From NCBI GenBank assembly GCA_038134595.1, contig JAYPVM010000005.1, positions 96,001 to 160,000 on the forward strand: a stretch of 64,000 nucleotides of DNA, read 5' to 3'. Below, one piece after another: positions 28,857 through 38,292 of the stretch (the first letter of the stretch is position 1; every line of letters begins with the position of its first letter). A program made the position numbers and the translations under genes. Source of the DNA: Pseudomonadota bacterium. GTDB taxonomy: Bacteria; Bdellovibrionota_C; UBA2361; OMII01. Under the pieces are notes generated by a model, which worked only from the letters and a program-made list of their open reading frames with translations, made no database searches and was not told where the DNA came from.

Positions 28857-29012
28857 ACGTTCTTCCTACAAAGCCGTTCCCCGAAGTATTTTCCGACCGA
28901 CTTAGTTTCCAGACCGACTATATGTCGACCAAACTTGCATGAGGCGACACTGTCAAACCAGTGCGCCGGGGGCAGAGCAACTCTAGCGCCCCGCACAGGG
29001 CGTACGCAATCA

Positions 29013-29333
29013 CTACTCGTAACGCACCTGTAATGTCCTGCTTGAATCCATATCCCGCAGACCGCTTGTTCGGCGAGCTGCTGCCGAAAGAGCATCAGGA
29101 CGAAGCAATATCGCCTGCTCCAATTCAAGCTCTCGCCTTTCCATATCGAGCTGTACAGTTAAATTCCGCGCTTGTGCTACCTGATAGCCTACATCGGTTG
29201 CCTCTAGCTTCACCCAAACACGCATCCCCAACACCGCCAACAACCCTAGCGCTGCCAGAACATGAACTTTGATAGAAACTGAAGCCACATCTCGCTTCAC
29301 GTAAACCGATTGATACTGCAAACAAACTGCCAT
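29013..29333 (-). CDS. ftsL: Cell division protein FtsL
   Basis: Single TM, coiled coil with LELEQAILLRP...ARRTSGL; position between rsmH and ftsI. Confidence 0.8.
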   Translation of the reverse strand: MAVCLQYQSVYVKRDVASVSIKVHVLAALGLLAVLGMRVWVKLEATDVGYQVAQARNLTVQLDMERRELELEQAILLRPDALSAAARRTSGLRDMDSSRTLQVRYE

Positions 29334-29424
29334 GAACGCCCCCTTGTTGTTTAAAATGTACAGCGAAAACTAAAGTCTGTCGCCAGGTAAAATGCACAAA
29401 TCGTTATTTTTTCACTTCAAAAAT

Positions 29425-30357
29425 TCACATCATCCGAAACTCAAATAACCTTAGCTTTGCACTGCGAGAAGCTGGGTTCTCGTGAATTTCAGAACTTGAT
29501 GGAAGCGTTGCCTTCTTTGGCCAAACCCGGCCGATACTTATCTCTTTTCGCGGCCCCCTCCACGATGCGGGATACGACCCGCCAGACTCCCATCCACGGA
29601 GAGTGCGCGCAACCAACGTGTCTTCGACTGAATGAAAAGTTATTACCGCAAGCTTGCCAGTTGCTCGGTTAATTAAACGAGGGACCGTTTCTAGCAGCGT
29701 CTCGATCTCTTCTCGTTCTTTGTTCACCTTCATTCTAATAGCCTGAAAAACAACCGTTGCAGGGTGAGATTTTCCAACGCCCCGCTTCCCTAACTGGGCA
29801 CAGCGTATCGATTCTGCTAGCTCTTGAGCACTGGCAAACGGCCGCTTATCTGCTATAAAAAATGCCAAGCGCCTGCTGTGCGTTCCAACGCCGCCTTCTA
29901 CAAGAGCACGATAAAGTTCCCGCTCAGATGCCGTGTTAATGAAACTCTCGGCTGTCATCTCGTCGTTTTCGTCCATTCTCATATCCAACGCTGTCTGGTC
30001 GTTGAACGAAAAGCCTCGTCCCTCATAAAGCTGATCGGTAGACATCCCAAGATCTGCCAACACCCCATCAAAAACCTGTCCCTGAACTAACTCTTCAATC
30101 TGTGAAAAACGACCCTGACGAACTTCAAGCCTGCCACCATAGGCGTTTGACCATGCCAATCCCCGCTCAACTGCCCGACTATCGCGGTCGAACGCACACA
30201 CTCGACACTCAGGACATCTTTCGAGTATTGCTCGGGAATGTCCGCCACCGCCAAACGTAACATCGAGCAAGTTCCCCTGTCCGATATCGGAAAAAGCCTC
30301 CACCACTTCATGGAGCAACACCGACCGGTGCCTCGATGTCGAGCCATCCCCCGTCAT
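29425..30357 (-). CDS. rsmH: 16S rRNA m4C1402 methyltransferase
   Basis: HRSVLLHE, DVTFGGGGHS, DLGMS, RGFSF, LDMRMD, ITFHSVED and NPASRSAKLR motifs. Confidence 0.96.
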   Translation of the reverse strand: MTGDGSTSRHRSVLLHEVVEAFSDIGQGNLLDVTFGGGGHSRAILERCPECRVCAFDRDSRAVERGLAWSNAYGGRLEVRQGRFSQIEELVQGQVFDGVLADLGMSTDQLYEGRGFSFNDQTALDMRMDENDEMTAESFINTASERELYRALVEGGVGTHSRRLAFFIADKRPFASAQELAESIRCAQLGKRGVGKSHPATVVFQAIRMKVNKEREEIETLLETVPRLINRATGKLAVITFHSVEDTLVARTLRGWESGGSYPASWRGPRKEISIGRVWPKKATLPSSSEIHENPASRSAKLRLFEFRMM

Positions 30358-30896
30358 AGGTCTACATCCGCAAACAGATCGGGATTCGCAAGCAAAGCCT
30401 GTTCAGATGCCTCAAAAATCGCGTCCCAAACACGCTTATCCCACATTCGAAATCCATGAATAGACGCAGTAAACACAACTTCACGCTCCAACCCGGCATA
30501 GGCTCGCAAGTAACTGGGGATTAAAATCCGACCGTTACCATCTACGCCACACTCGGATGCTCGACTCAAATAAAAATTCTCCAACTGTTGCAACTTGCTG
30601 CCGAATCGGCTTTTCTCCCGCAATCGAGCCTCGAAATCCTCCCATTCGCGGATCGAAAAGCCCTCAATGCAGCGCGAGCCTTCAGAAATATAGTTTGTCA
30701 GCACAATCGCCTGAGACTCCTCGCCGCGTAACGCGCGGCGGAATCCGGCTGGAAGGCTAATTCGCCCCTTTTCATCCACTGTATGAACAGAATTCCCCCG
30801 AAAAGAAACGAACGACGAATCTCCGCCAGCAAATGAACAATCGGCCGACTCCGCTGCTTTAACTTCCTGCTTGTCGTCTCTATGCCTATCGCTCAT
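30354..30896 (-). CDS. mraZ: Division/cell wall cluster transcriptional regulator MraZ
   Basis: Two SpoVT-AbrB repeats, VDEKGRISLPA and VDGNGRILIP. Overlaps the rsmH start. Confidence 0.95.
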   Translation of the reverse strand: MSDRHRDDKQEVKAAESADCSFAGGDSSFVSFRGNSVHTVDEKGRISLPAGFRRALRGEESQAIVLTNYISEGSRCIEGFSIREWEDFEARLREKSRFGSKLQQLENFYLSRASECGVDGNGRILIPSYLRAYAGLEREVVFTASIHGFRMWDKRVWDAIFEASEQALLANPDLFADVDL

Positions 30897-30974
30897 CGAA
30901 GAGATCCGTCGTCGTTAGGGGAAAAGAACCGCAATTACAACAACCACAACCAAACCATAAAGCGGGACACTATA

Positions 30975-30998
30975 CCACTCTGACCCACTCCATACCAC
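30975..30998 (-). promoter_or_regulatory. MraZ operator: three GTGG boxes at 10-nt period
   Basis: CCAC on the plus strand at 30975, 30985 and 30995 (minus strand GTGGtatgga GTGGgtcaga GTGG), just downstream of the predicted -10. Confidence 0.8.
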
Positions 30999-30999
30999 C

Positions 31000-31029
31000 A
31001 AGGTACACGGCTAAGCTAGAATCCGTCAA
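31000..31029 (-). promoter_or_regulatory. Putative sigma70 promoter of the mraZ/dcw operon
   Basis: TTGACG-N18-TACCTT on the minus strand, immediately upstream of the GTGG repeats. Confidence 0.55.
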
Positions 31030-31494
31030 TGGGGATTCTAAACAAAAAGGTCAGTATAACCCCGCAACGACCCAAGTATCCGAAATGAAACCGATTTCGA
31101 TAAACAGAGAAACAAATCCAGGGCTCGCTGGCCCCCACATACACAACCCCAAAGGACAAACAGAGCGTCCCTACTTAATCTCTACACCACAGTCCCGACG
31201 ACAGGTCAGCCGAGCCACCGATAGCACGTAGTAAGCATAACTCCATAACAGAGCCGCACCGAAACTGAGGGATTTTACGTCTGGGAGAAACAATATCGAG
31301 CTAGCACAGCACTAATCGAGGTCATGCAATCGTTCTGGACCTGGACTACGGGAGAAATTGCAATACAGTCCCCCACTCACAGGGGAATAGAATCGTAAGG
31401 TTGCAACCAACAATCACCATCTCGTTGGCGCGGAATTACTGTTAACTTTTCATGCAGACACGTTCTCTAAAACGAGGTGACCGCAACCAGCTCA

Positions 31495-33336
31495 CTACTC
31501 TACAGTAACACTCTTAGCCAAGTTTCGCGGCAAGTCTACGTCCGTACCGTTCATAACAGCCACGTGATAAGCTAGTAACTGCATCGGTAAATTGATCAGG
31601 ATAGGGCTCAATTCAGGCGATACAAAGGGCACTCGTAAAACTGACCTACCTGCCTCTTGCAAATCTACTGATGGATCTGCATCCGTTACTACTATTACTT
31701 TGGCGCCTCGCGCCTCGACCTCTTTTACGTTCGACATAGTTTTTTCAAACAAAATAGGATCTTGCTGGACCGCTACAACAACAGGCATAGCATCGTCTAT
31801 AAGAGCAATTGGCCCGTGCTTCATCTCTCCTGATGGATACCCTTCGGCGTGAATATAAGAGATCTCCTTTAATTTAAGAGCCCCTTCAAGAGCGATTGGA
31901 TAGCAAACCCCTCTTCCTAAAAACAAAAAGTCTCTGGCGCTACAAAATCGCTTCGCCACTTCAACAACATCGCTTTCTATCCTTAGTGACTCCGTAATGG
32001 CCAACGGCAAATGCAGTAGCCCCTCAAGAATTGGGGACATTTCAGCACTTGTCATAGTGCCCCGTCCCTGCGCTAAGTAAAGCGCCAACAACTCTAATGC
32101 AACCAACTGGGTAGAAAATGCTTTCGTAGAAGCAACGCTAATCTCTGGGCCAGCATGAGTATACAAAACCATATCGGCTCGCCGACTCATCGACGCCCCT
32201 ACGACGTTACATACAACGAGCGTTGGAGCTACGCCCTTGGCAACTTCAATAGCACCAAGGGTATCAAGCGTCTCGCCCGATTGAGACACGGCTATCACCA
32301 ACGTATTCTTGTCGAAGAGGTGTTTTCGATATCGAAACTCTGACGCATAATCCACCTCACAGGGAATCTTCGCAAAGCGCTCAATAAAGAACTTACCTTC
32401 AAGACATGCGTGCCAGGCTGTACCACACGCTACCAACACAACTCTTGAGATCGAATCGAGCCTCGAGGCGATAGCATCGAGCTCAGGAAGTACGACCGAT
32501 CCCGTTTCCATAACTATTCGACCCCGCATCGTATCTGCCACAGCTTGAGATTGATCGAATATCTCTTTGAGCATAAAATGCTTAAATCCGCCTTTCTGAG
32601 CTGTGATAGGATCCCAGGCAACTTGCTCCTGAACCCGAGTCACCAACACTCCACTGTTCTCAACATAAATCGAGTCAGCCTTTATCTCTGCAAGATCTCC
32701 ATCCTCTAAAACAACTATTGACCGCGTATGAGGTAGGAGCGCTGGAATATCACTTGCGACAAACATCTCCCCGTCACCACATCCTATAATAATGGGGGTC
32801 GAATTTTTTGCTACCAATATCCGGTCGGGATTTTCAACGTCAATCGCCAAGAACGCATAGCTGCCCTTTACCTGACGGCACATCTCTCGCATCGCTTCCA
32901 AGGGAGAGCGTCCCTCCTCTACCAAGGTATTAAGAAGCTGAGCCGCTACCTCAGTATCAGTATCCGATTTAAAAACACATCCTTGAGCTTCAAGACCTTG
33001 TCTGAGCGGGATATAGTTCTCGATGATACCATTATGAATGAGACTAATTCTCCCTGCAGAATGCGGGTGAGCATTATTCTCTGTCGGTCTGCCGTGCGTC
33101 GCCCAACGAGTATGTCCGATACCGAGTCGAGCCTCCTTAGTTGCCTGCGCCTCATTACCTGCTAAAACATTTTTAAGCTCGATTAGCTTGCCAGTTGCTC
33201 GATAGACCGATATCTGTCCATCGTGAAACAGTGCCACACCAGAGGAATCGTATCCTCTATATTCCAAACCTTCTAGACCACCGATAAGAATTGGCAAAGC
33301 CTCTCTATTGCCAACATATCCAACTATTCCACACAT
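31495..33336 (-). CDS. glmS: Glutamine--fructose-6-phosphate aminotransferase
   Basis: MCGIVG N-terminus, GHTRWATHG, SQSGET and PRNLAKSVTVE C-terminus. Confidence 0.99.
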   Translation of the reverse strand: MCGIVGYVGNREALPILIGGLEGLEYRGYDSSGVALFHDGQISVYRATGKLIELKNVLAGNEAQATKEARLGIGHTRWATHGRPTENNAHPHSAGRISLIHNGIIENYIPLRQGLEAQGCVFKSDTDTEVAAQLLNTLVEEGRSPLEAMREMCRQVKGSYAFLAIDVENPDRILVAKNSTPIIIGCGDGEMFVASDIPALLPHTRSIVVLEDGDLAEIKADSIYVENSGVLVTRVQEQVAWDPITAQKGGFKHFMLKEIFDQSQAVADTMRGRIVMETGSVVLPELDAIASRLDSISRVVLVACGTAWHACLEGKFFIERFAKIPCEVDYASEFRYRKHLFDKNTLVIAVSQSGETLDTLGAIEVAKGVAPTLVVCNVVGASMSRRADMVLYTHAGPEISVASTKAFSTQLVALELLALYLAQGRGTMTSAEMSPILEGLLHLPLAITESLRIESDVVEVAKRFCSARDFLFLGRGVCYPIALEGALKLKEISYIHAEGYPSGEMKHGPIALIDDAMPVVVAVQQDPILFEKTMSNVKEVEARGAKVIVVTDADPSVDLQEAGRSVLRVPFVSPELSPILINLPMQLLAYHVAVMNGTDVDLPRNLAKSVTVE

Positions 33337-33499
33337 AAAACACCCTACTAAACGCTTAGGAATCTAAAACAATTCGAAATATCAAACATTAACCCGCAGC
33401 CCACTCTCCCGCAAGAACCAGCAGCACACCACTAAGCCCCATGGAGCCCGCCCCACCCCCTCAAGTTCAAGAGCAATCGTAAGCGAAGCCAATCCGCTT

Positions 33500-33515
33500 T
33501 GGCATCGATGTTGCT
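33500..33515 (+). promoter_or_regulatory. sigma54 (RpoN) -24/-12 promoter
   Basis: TGGCAT-CGATG-TTGCT matches TGGCAC-N5-TTGCW with exact GG-N10-GC spacing, about 50 nt upstream of ATG 33567. Confidence 0.75.
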
Positions 33516-33566
33516 TACTAGCCTAGCATAGGATGAATTTGCTCACTATAAGCAAGGAAAGCAATC

Positions 33567-34184
33567 ATGAAGACACGATCGATGCGTTCAAGACGAACCA
33601 AAAACCAACAACGTGCAGCTAACATAACTGCCCAACAACGCAAGGCAATTCAGGCTAAAGGTATAAAAACCTTTAACGAATTTGGCAAATCACTCAAAAA
33701 CCTGCTCGGCTCAACCGCAGTTAAAGGAGAGCTAAGCGAGGAGGAACTTTTTGCCGCTACAGCCCATCAGCTGGTTAAAAATCGTTACGGCAATGAGATG
33801 GCAAACAACTTCCGGTCAGTATTTCGTTTGAGCATGGCCGATAAACCGTCCACGGAGCGTTATGCCTCCGCAGAGCGTGCGGCGAAGGAAACTCTCCGAT
33901 TTTTCCGGGACTCGACCCTCCTGACGAGAGAACAGGTGCGAGATGTGCGGCAACTAGCTTTCTCTACCGCTCAGCTTGATGATAATGAGCGAAGACTGTG
34001 GGACAACTGGGGAGATACGAAAGCTGTGACGAAAAACAAACGGGGGCAGGAACTCATCCAATCGCGCCTTGAAGAAGCCGGTGAAGCTCCAGTAACATCA
34101 ACTCAGAAAAAGAATGTCTATACTGAAGAGATAAAGGCTACCAGTCACCGAGCTAAGCGAAGATTCCGAACTAGAATGGTCTAA
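33567..34184 (+). CDS. Hypothetical basic helical protein
   Basis: 205-aa ORF with an AAGGA SD and an upstream sigma54 site. No recognised motif or signal peptide. Confidence 0.75.
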   Translation: MKTRSMRSRRTKNQQRAANITAQQRKAIQAKGIKTFNEFGKSLKNLLGSTAVKGELSEEELFAATAHQLVKNRYGNEMANNFRSVFRLSMADKPSTERYASAERAAKETLRFFRDSTLLTREQVRDVRQLAFSTAQLDDNERRLWDNWGDTKAVTKNKRGQELIQSRLEEAGEAPVTSTQKKNVYTEEIKATSHRAKRRFRTRMV

Positions 34185-34252
34185 CAGCTTCAAGAGTATG
34201 CGACTGGATGCATACGTAGCTGTGTCATATCTTCCATAGGCAGCTATGTGGT

Positions 34253-35689
34253 TTGCTTGGCGAGAGGTGTCGATGTCTATTCGGCACGTTTCTGCCGTGT
34301 AGAACAAACATGATGCTCCCTGTGTTACTAGCCATCAATGCTATCCTCAGCCGATATCGCTACCACAATCTAGTAGTATGTATGAGCGTGGTAACTACTT
34401 TCGCGCTGTTATGTCCGTCGGCCTTTGGCGATCCAAGGGCACATGACTTACCAGTGGCTCCACACCTCCTCGGCTTTGGCACGTTAACCGTCGGAGGCAG
34501 CGGTCGGCACCTCACCCCTCCGTCTACAACAGTCATAACTGTATCCTCCCTAGCGGACCGAGGAGGAGGAACGTTACGAGAATGTATTGAATTTCATAAG
34601 CCAAGGACGTGCATCTTCACGGTTGGGGGGGAAATAATACTAAAGACTCCACTTCGGATACGACACCCATACATCACCATAGCTGGGCAAAGTGCGCCTT
34701 CTCCCGGAATCACTATCTCACACAGTGCGTTACAAATTAAGAGCCATGACATCCTTATACAGCATATCTCTTTTAGGCCAGGTGATTGCACATATGGCAC
34801 TAAGCCAGTCGAGCGGGACGCTATTTCCATCGGTAGCGATAAAGGCTCCGACGTTTTCAATGTCGTGGTCGATCACGTCTCAGCCACATGGGCAATAGAC
34901 GAAAACATCACCATCTGGTATCCGACAAGTCACGACATCACTATCAGCAACTCTCTTATTGCAGAGGGCCTCCATAAATCACTTCATCCAAAAGGCCCGC
35001 ACAGCAAAGGAATCATGATCGGCCCTAACTCGAAAAATATCACACTTATCCGAAACCTCCTCGCTCTAAACCACGAGCGAAATCCCTATATTCAAGGAGG
35101 TTCTACCACTGAAACAATCAACAACGTTGTCTATGGATGGGGCAGTGCGGGACCATGGTGCCTGTCAAACCTTTCCGATACCGGAGTTACCACAAGCAAA
35201 ACGATCGCATCGTTTCGAGGAAATCGCTATATACCTGGCCCTAAAAGCCACATCGCTTTTTTCCTTCATACCCGCCACCTCTCTCAGAATAGCGAAATCT
35301 TTCTACAGGACAATACCATGGCCACTATCACTCCTTCAAAGCGAGAGAATCGCCGACTAAAGTCAAGGATACCGGTGGTCGTACCACCTTCAAGCAGGGT
35401 TCCTAACGCTAAAACACTCTCAAGCGTTGTTATCGAACGGCACGTACTTAGAAATGTTGGTAGCCGACCTTGGGACAGATCCAAGCATGATACTGCAATC
35501 ATAAAAAAAGTGCGTGGTCGACGAGGAGCCCTGCGAAATACCAGTCCTAAATGCCGCGCGCATTCTCCTTCAAGGAGAGAGAAATACGATCTTCCCCTTA
35601 AACCATCTCAACATCACATTCCGACTTTTCCAGTCATAGAAAAGGGAGGCTACACAGCCCTTGAAAGATGGCTGCATGCAATAAACTAG
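34253..35689 (+). CDS. Pectate lyase-like (PL1-type) right-handed beta-helix protein, probably exported
   Basis: GFGTLTVGGSG...TVSSLADRGGGTLREC, ITIAGQSAPSPGI, VVVDHVSATWAIDE, HSKG and RNP motifs. True start probably downstream (ATG near 34310 or 34382). Confidence 0.82.
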   Translation: MLGERCRCLFGTFLPCRTNMMLPVLLAINAILSRYRYHNLVVCMSVVTTFALLCPSAFGDPRAHDLPVAPHLLGFGTLTVGGSGRHLTPPSTTVITVSSLADRGGGTLRECIEFHKPRTCIFTVGGEIILKTPLRIRHPYITIAGQSAPSPGITISHSALQIKSHDILIQHISFRPGDCTYGTKPVERDAISIGSDKGSDVFNVVVDHVSATWAIDENITIWYPTSHDITISNSLIAEGLHKSLHPKGPHSKGIMIGPNSKNITLIRNLLALNHERNPYIQGGSTTETINNVVYGWGSAGPWCLSNLSDTGVTTSKTIASFRGNRYIPGPKSHIAFFLHTRHLSQNSEIFLQDNTMATITPSKRENRRLKSRIPVVVPPSSRVPNAKTLSSVVIERHVLRNVGSRPWDRSKHDTAIIKKVRGRRGALRNTSPKCRAHSPSRREKYDLPLKPSQHHIPTFPVIEKGGYTALERWLHAIN

Positions 35690-35716
35690 TTTCCAGCATT
35701 CAACGATTACGGCGTG

Positions 35717-36676
35717 CTATGCCTTTACGTGAGAAACGTACCAGTGATGAAATTTACGCATCCCCTCTTGAAAAGAAGTTTGCGGAGAATACTCGAGCAT
35801 CGCACGTGACTTTGTAAGATCTGCATTGGTAATTCGCACATCGCCGGGCTGCATCGGATACTGCTCGATTGCTATAGCCTTTTGAGTGACCGATTCAATA
35901 ATCGAAAGTGCTTCATTTAATGAGACTGTTCCTGAATTGCCGAGATTAAATATCTCATAGCCAAATTCTCGATCAATTGCGTTAATAAAACCGCCAACAA
36001 AATCCTCAATATATGTGTAATCCCTACGCGAAGTTCCATCACCAAACTTCCTTATGGGCTTCCCTTCTAGTGCGGCTACCAAAAACAACCACGGTGCCAT
36101 ATCGGGTCGACCCCGTGGACCATACACAGTAAAAGGCCGAACCACATTAACACTTAATCCATGCAAGCAGTGGTAGGTATAACTCAACAATTCAGTCGAC
36201 TTTTTTGTTGCGGCATAAGGGGAAATAGGCTTGTCGGTTGCAGAATCATCCTCGCAAAACGGAATTGCTTCGGAATTCCCGTATACTGAAGATGAGGATG
36301 TAATGACAGTATTCGACACTCCCATCCGTACACATAACTCAAGCACCTGGAGCGTACCCTCAATGTTAGCCCGCTGATACAAACCGGGATCTTTTATAGA
36401 CGGTCGAACGCCCGCTCTAGCTGCAAGATGCGCAACATGCGTCACATCATAGCCCTTGACAGCTTTATCTAGCATACGCCCATCGCAGATATCTCCCTCA
36501 GTGAAAGAGAATCTCTCGTACCCGCGCAAGATATCTAAGTTAGCTCTTTTGCGTGAAACAGGGTAATAATCATTTAGGTTATCAATTCCGATAACCGAAT
36601 CTCCTCGCCTAAGGAGAGCCTCTGCGACGTGAGAACCAATAAAGCCCGCCGCTCCTGTCACAACTACAGTTTTCAT
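35717..36676 (-). CDS. NAD-dependent nucleotide-sugar epimerase (UDP-glucuronate 4-epimerase-like)
   Basis: TGAAGFIG, HLAARAGVRPS, SSSSVYG, YAATK, FTVYGPRGRPDMA and QPGDV motifs. Confidence 0.9.
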   Translation of the reverse strand: MKTVVVTGAAGFIGSHVAEALLRRGDSVIGIDNLNDYYPVSRKRANLDILRGYERFSFTEGDICDGRMLDKAVKGYDVTHVAHLAARAGVRPSIKDPGLYQRANIEGTLQVLELCVRMGVSNTVITSSSSVYGNSEAIPFCEDDSATDKPISPYAATKKSTELLSYTYHCLHGLSVNVVRPFTVYGPRGRPDMAPWLFLVAALEGKPIRKFGDGTSRRDYTYIEDFVGGFINAIDREFGYEIFNLGNSGTVSLNEALSIIESVTQKAIAIEQYPMQPGDVRITNADLTKSRAMLEYSPQTSFQEGMRKFHHWYVSHVKA

Positions 36677-37099
36677 ACCCTTTGGAAACCCACTTATTTA
36701 TCCACTTACCATTAGAGAATCTAACGTTATGAATGTGTCAATCAACACCGACGCTACGACCAATACTAACACTCCGAACGGTCAAAGAAAATGAGCTCCA
36801 TTCTACATATAAAACAGGCCCACTAGAAATCACGGCCCGGCTACTGTACACCGCCTACCATCCTAAAAACAATAGTTTATCACGCCTTCTAATCGCTACA
36901 TCCAAACCTGCAAGTCTCAGCCATGCAGAATAGGTCTCTTAGATGATGTCGCTTATTCGATTCCAATATAAAAAGCTTCATACTCCCTGTTCAATTCATA
37001 AACACAGATAAATCTAAAAATACAAGAAGCCTTTACTGAGATGTTCCATGTATCGCTTCAGCTGCGCAAGCAGGATTTTAAGATTGTGGGGAGTATACT

Positions 37100-38278
37100 A
37101 TGCACACAGAAACCTCTAGCAGACAGACCGGAACCAAATCTCTAAATCCGTTTCGCACTCAGATCACCTTAACAAGACCTACAAGAATTATACGCACTGC
37201 CCTGCTCTCGTTAATCATACTCTCGGCGGGCTGCCTTCGATACACCCCCTCTCACGATGAAATAATCGAACAAAAAAGCGGTGATTCCGAAACCCCAATT
37301 CAATTTGGAGGAAAAGAGGAATTTCAAAAACACGAAGACATCATCGAACAGCGTCTTCAACATTTCATTGCACAACGTTCTACAGACGCAACTAAATCTC
37401 CCACGACGGGCCATCCCTTGCAGGTTGGAGACTCTATCTCTGTCACGGTGTTTGGATTTAACAATCTAACGACAAATGCGACACTCTCACCGGACGGACA
37501 TATTCATCTCCCCTTGATCGGACCGATTAACGTCTTAGGAATGTCACCCGAACGGGCACAATCAACAATTAAGAACCGTTATAGTCATTTCATAAAAAAT
37601 CCGGGGGTCGGAATAAAAGTCGAAAACCAACGAACGTTAAATGTATCAATTTTAGGAAGCGTTCAAAAGCCTGGGCCCTACCCGCTGGCCCACAGTGGCA
37701 ATTTTTTAACCGAAATTCTTTCGGAAGCGGGGGGAAGAACACCTCAAGCCGGCACCCGAATAATTCTCCTTCCATCACAAAAAGCATATCAAGGATTCGG
37801 CAACCAAACTCTTGCAGAAACGTTATCCCAAGAAAACAGTCGACTTGTAGAAGTCGATTTTGAGCAGCTGACCGGAACAACAACAACTCCTCCGATCCGC
37901 ATACCACTGAGACCGGGGGATACCATTATTATCCCTGAGGCGGGAACGTATGAAGTCGATGGTGAAGTAGCACAGCCCGGCTCGTATAAATTGACCTCCC
38001 GGACCAGCGTCATGGGGGCAATAGCAGCTGCTCGAGGCCTTACCTATGCGGCATCTGTGAACAATATAGAGCTTATCAGAGACGTCGGCGGCGGCAAAAA
38101 GGCTCTTATTAGCCTCGACCTGGAAGCGGTTGGACTTCGCGGAGCAAGAGACATTCGACTCCGCAACGGCGACCTCGTCCGAGTCCCGAGCGAGCCGAAA
38201 AAATTCTTCAAACAACAGATCGTCCAAGCGATTAATGGACTGTTCAACGGTGTCGGAGTTAACCAACGAATAAATTAA
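37100..38278 (+). CDS. wza: Polysaccharide export outer-membrane lipoprotein (OPX/Wza family)
   Basis: Lipobox-like LSAG-C, Poly_export motif LQVGDSISV...PDGHIHLPLIG, two SLBB repeats. Confidence 0.88.
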   Translation: MHTETSSRQTGTKSLNPFRTQITLTRPTRIIRTALLSLIILSAGCLRYTPSHDEIIEQKSGDSETPIQFGGKEEFQKHEDIIEQRLQHFIAQRSTDATKSPTTGHPLQVGDSISVTVFGFNNLTTNATLSPDGHIHLPLIGPINVLGMSPERAQSTIKNRYSHFIKNPGVGIKVENQRTLNVSILGSVQKPGPYPLAHSGNFLTEILSEAGGRTPQAGTRIILLPSQKAYQGFGNQTLAETLSQENSRLVEVDFEQLTGTTTTPPIRIPLRPGDTIIIPEAGTYEVDGEVAQPGSYKLTSRTSVMGAIAAARGLTYAASVNNIELIRDVGGGKKALISLDLEAVGLRGARDIRLRNGDLVRVPSEPKKFFKQQIVQAINGLFNGVGVNQRIN

Positions 38279-38292
38279 AAGGGTGCCTCATT

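Noticed and set aside
31265..31274. CTGAGGGATT shared with the tRNA-Arg T-arm as a possible att repeat
   Set aside because: Only 10 bp, expected by chance; it would put the essential glmS inside the island, and there is no integrase.
31041..31494. RNase P RNA (rnpB), which often precedes mraZ
   Set aside because: The universal GAGGAAAGTCC and terminal CGGCTTA motifs are absent on both strands.
33337..33499. glmS ribozyme upstream of glmS
   Set aside because: The conserved AGCGCC...GACGAGG core is not present in the leader.
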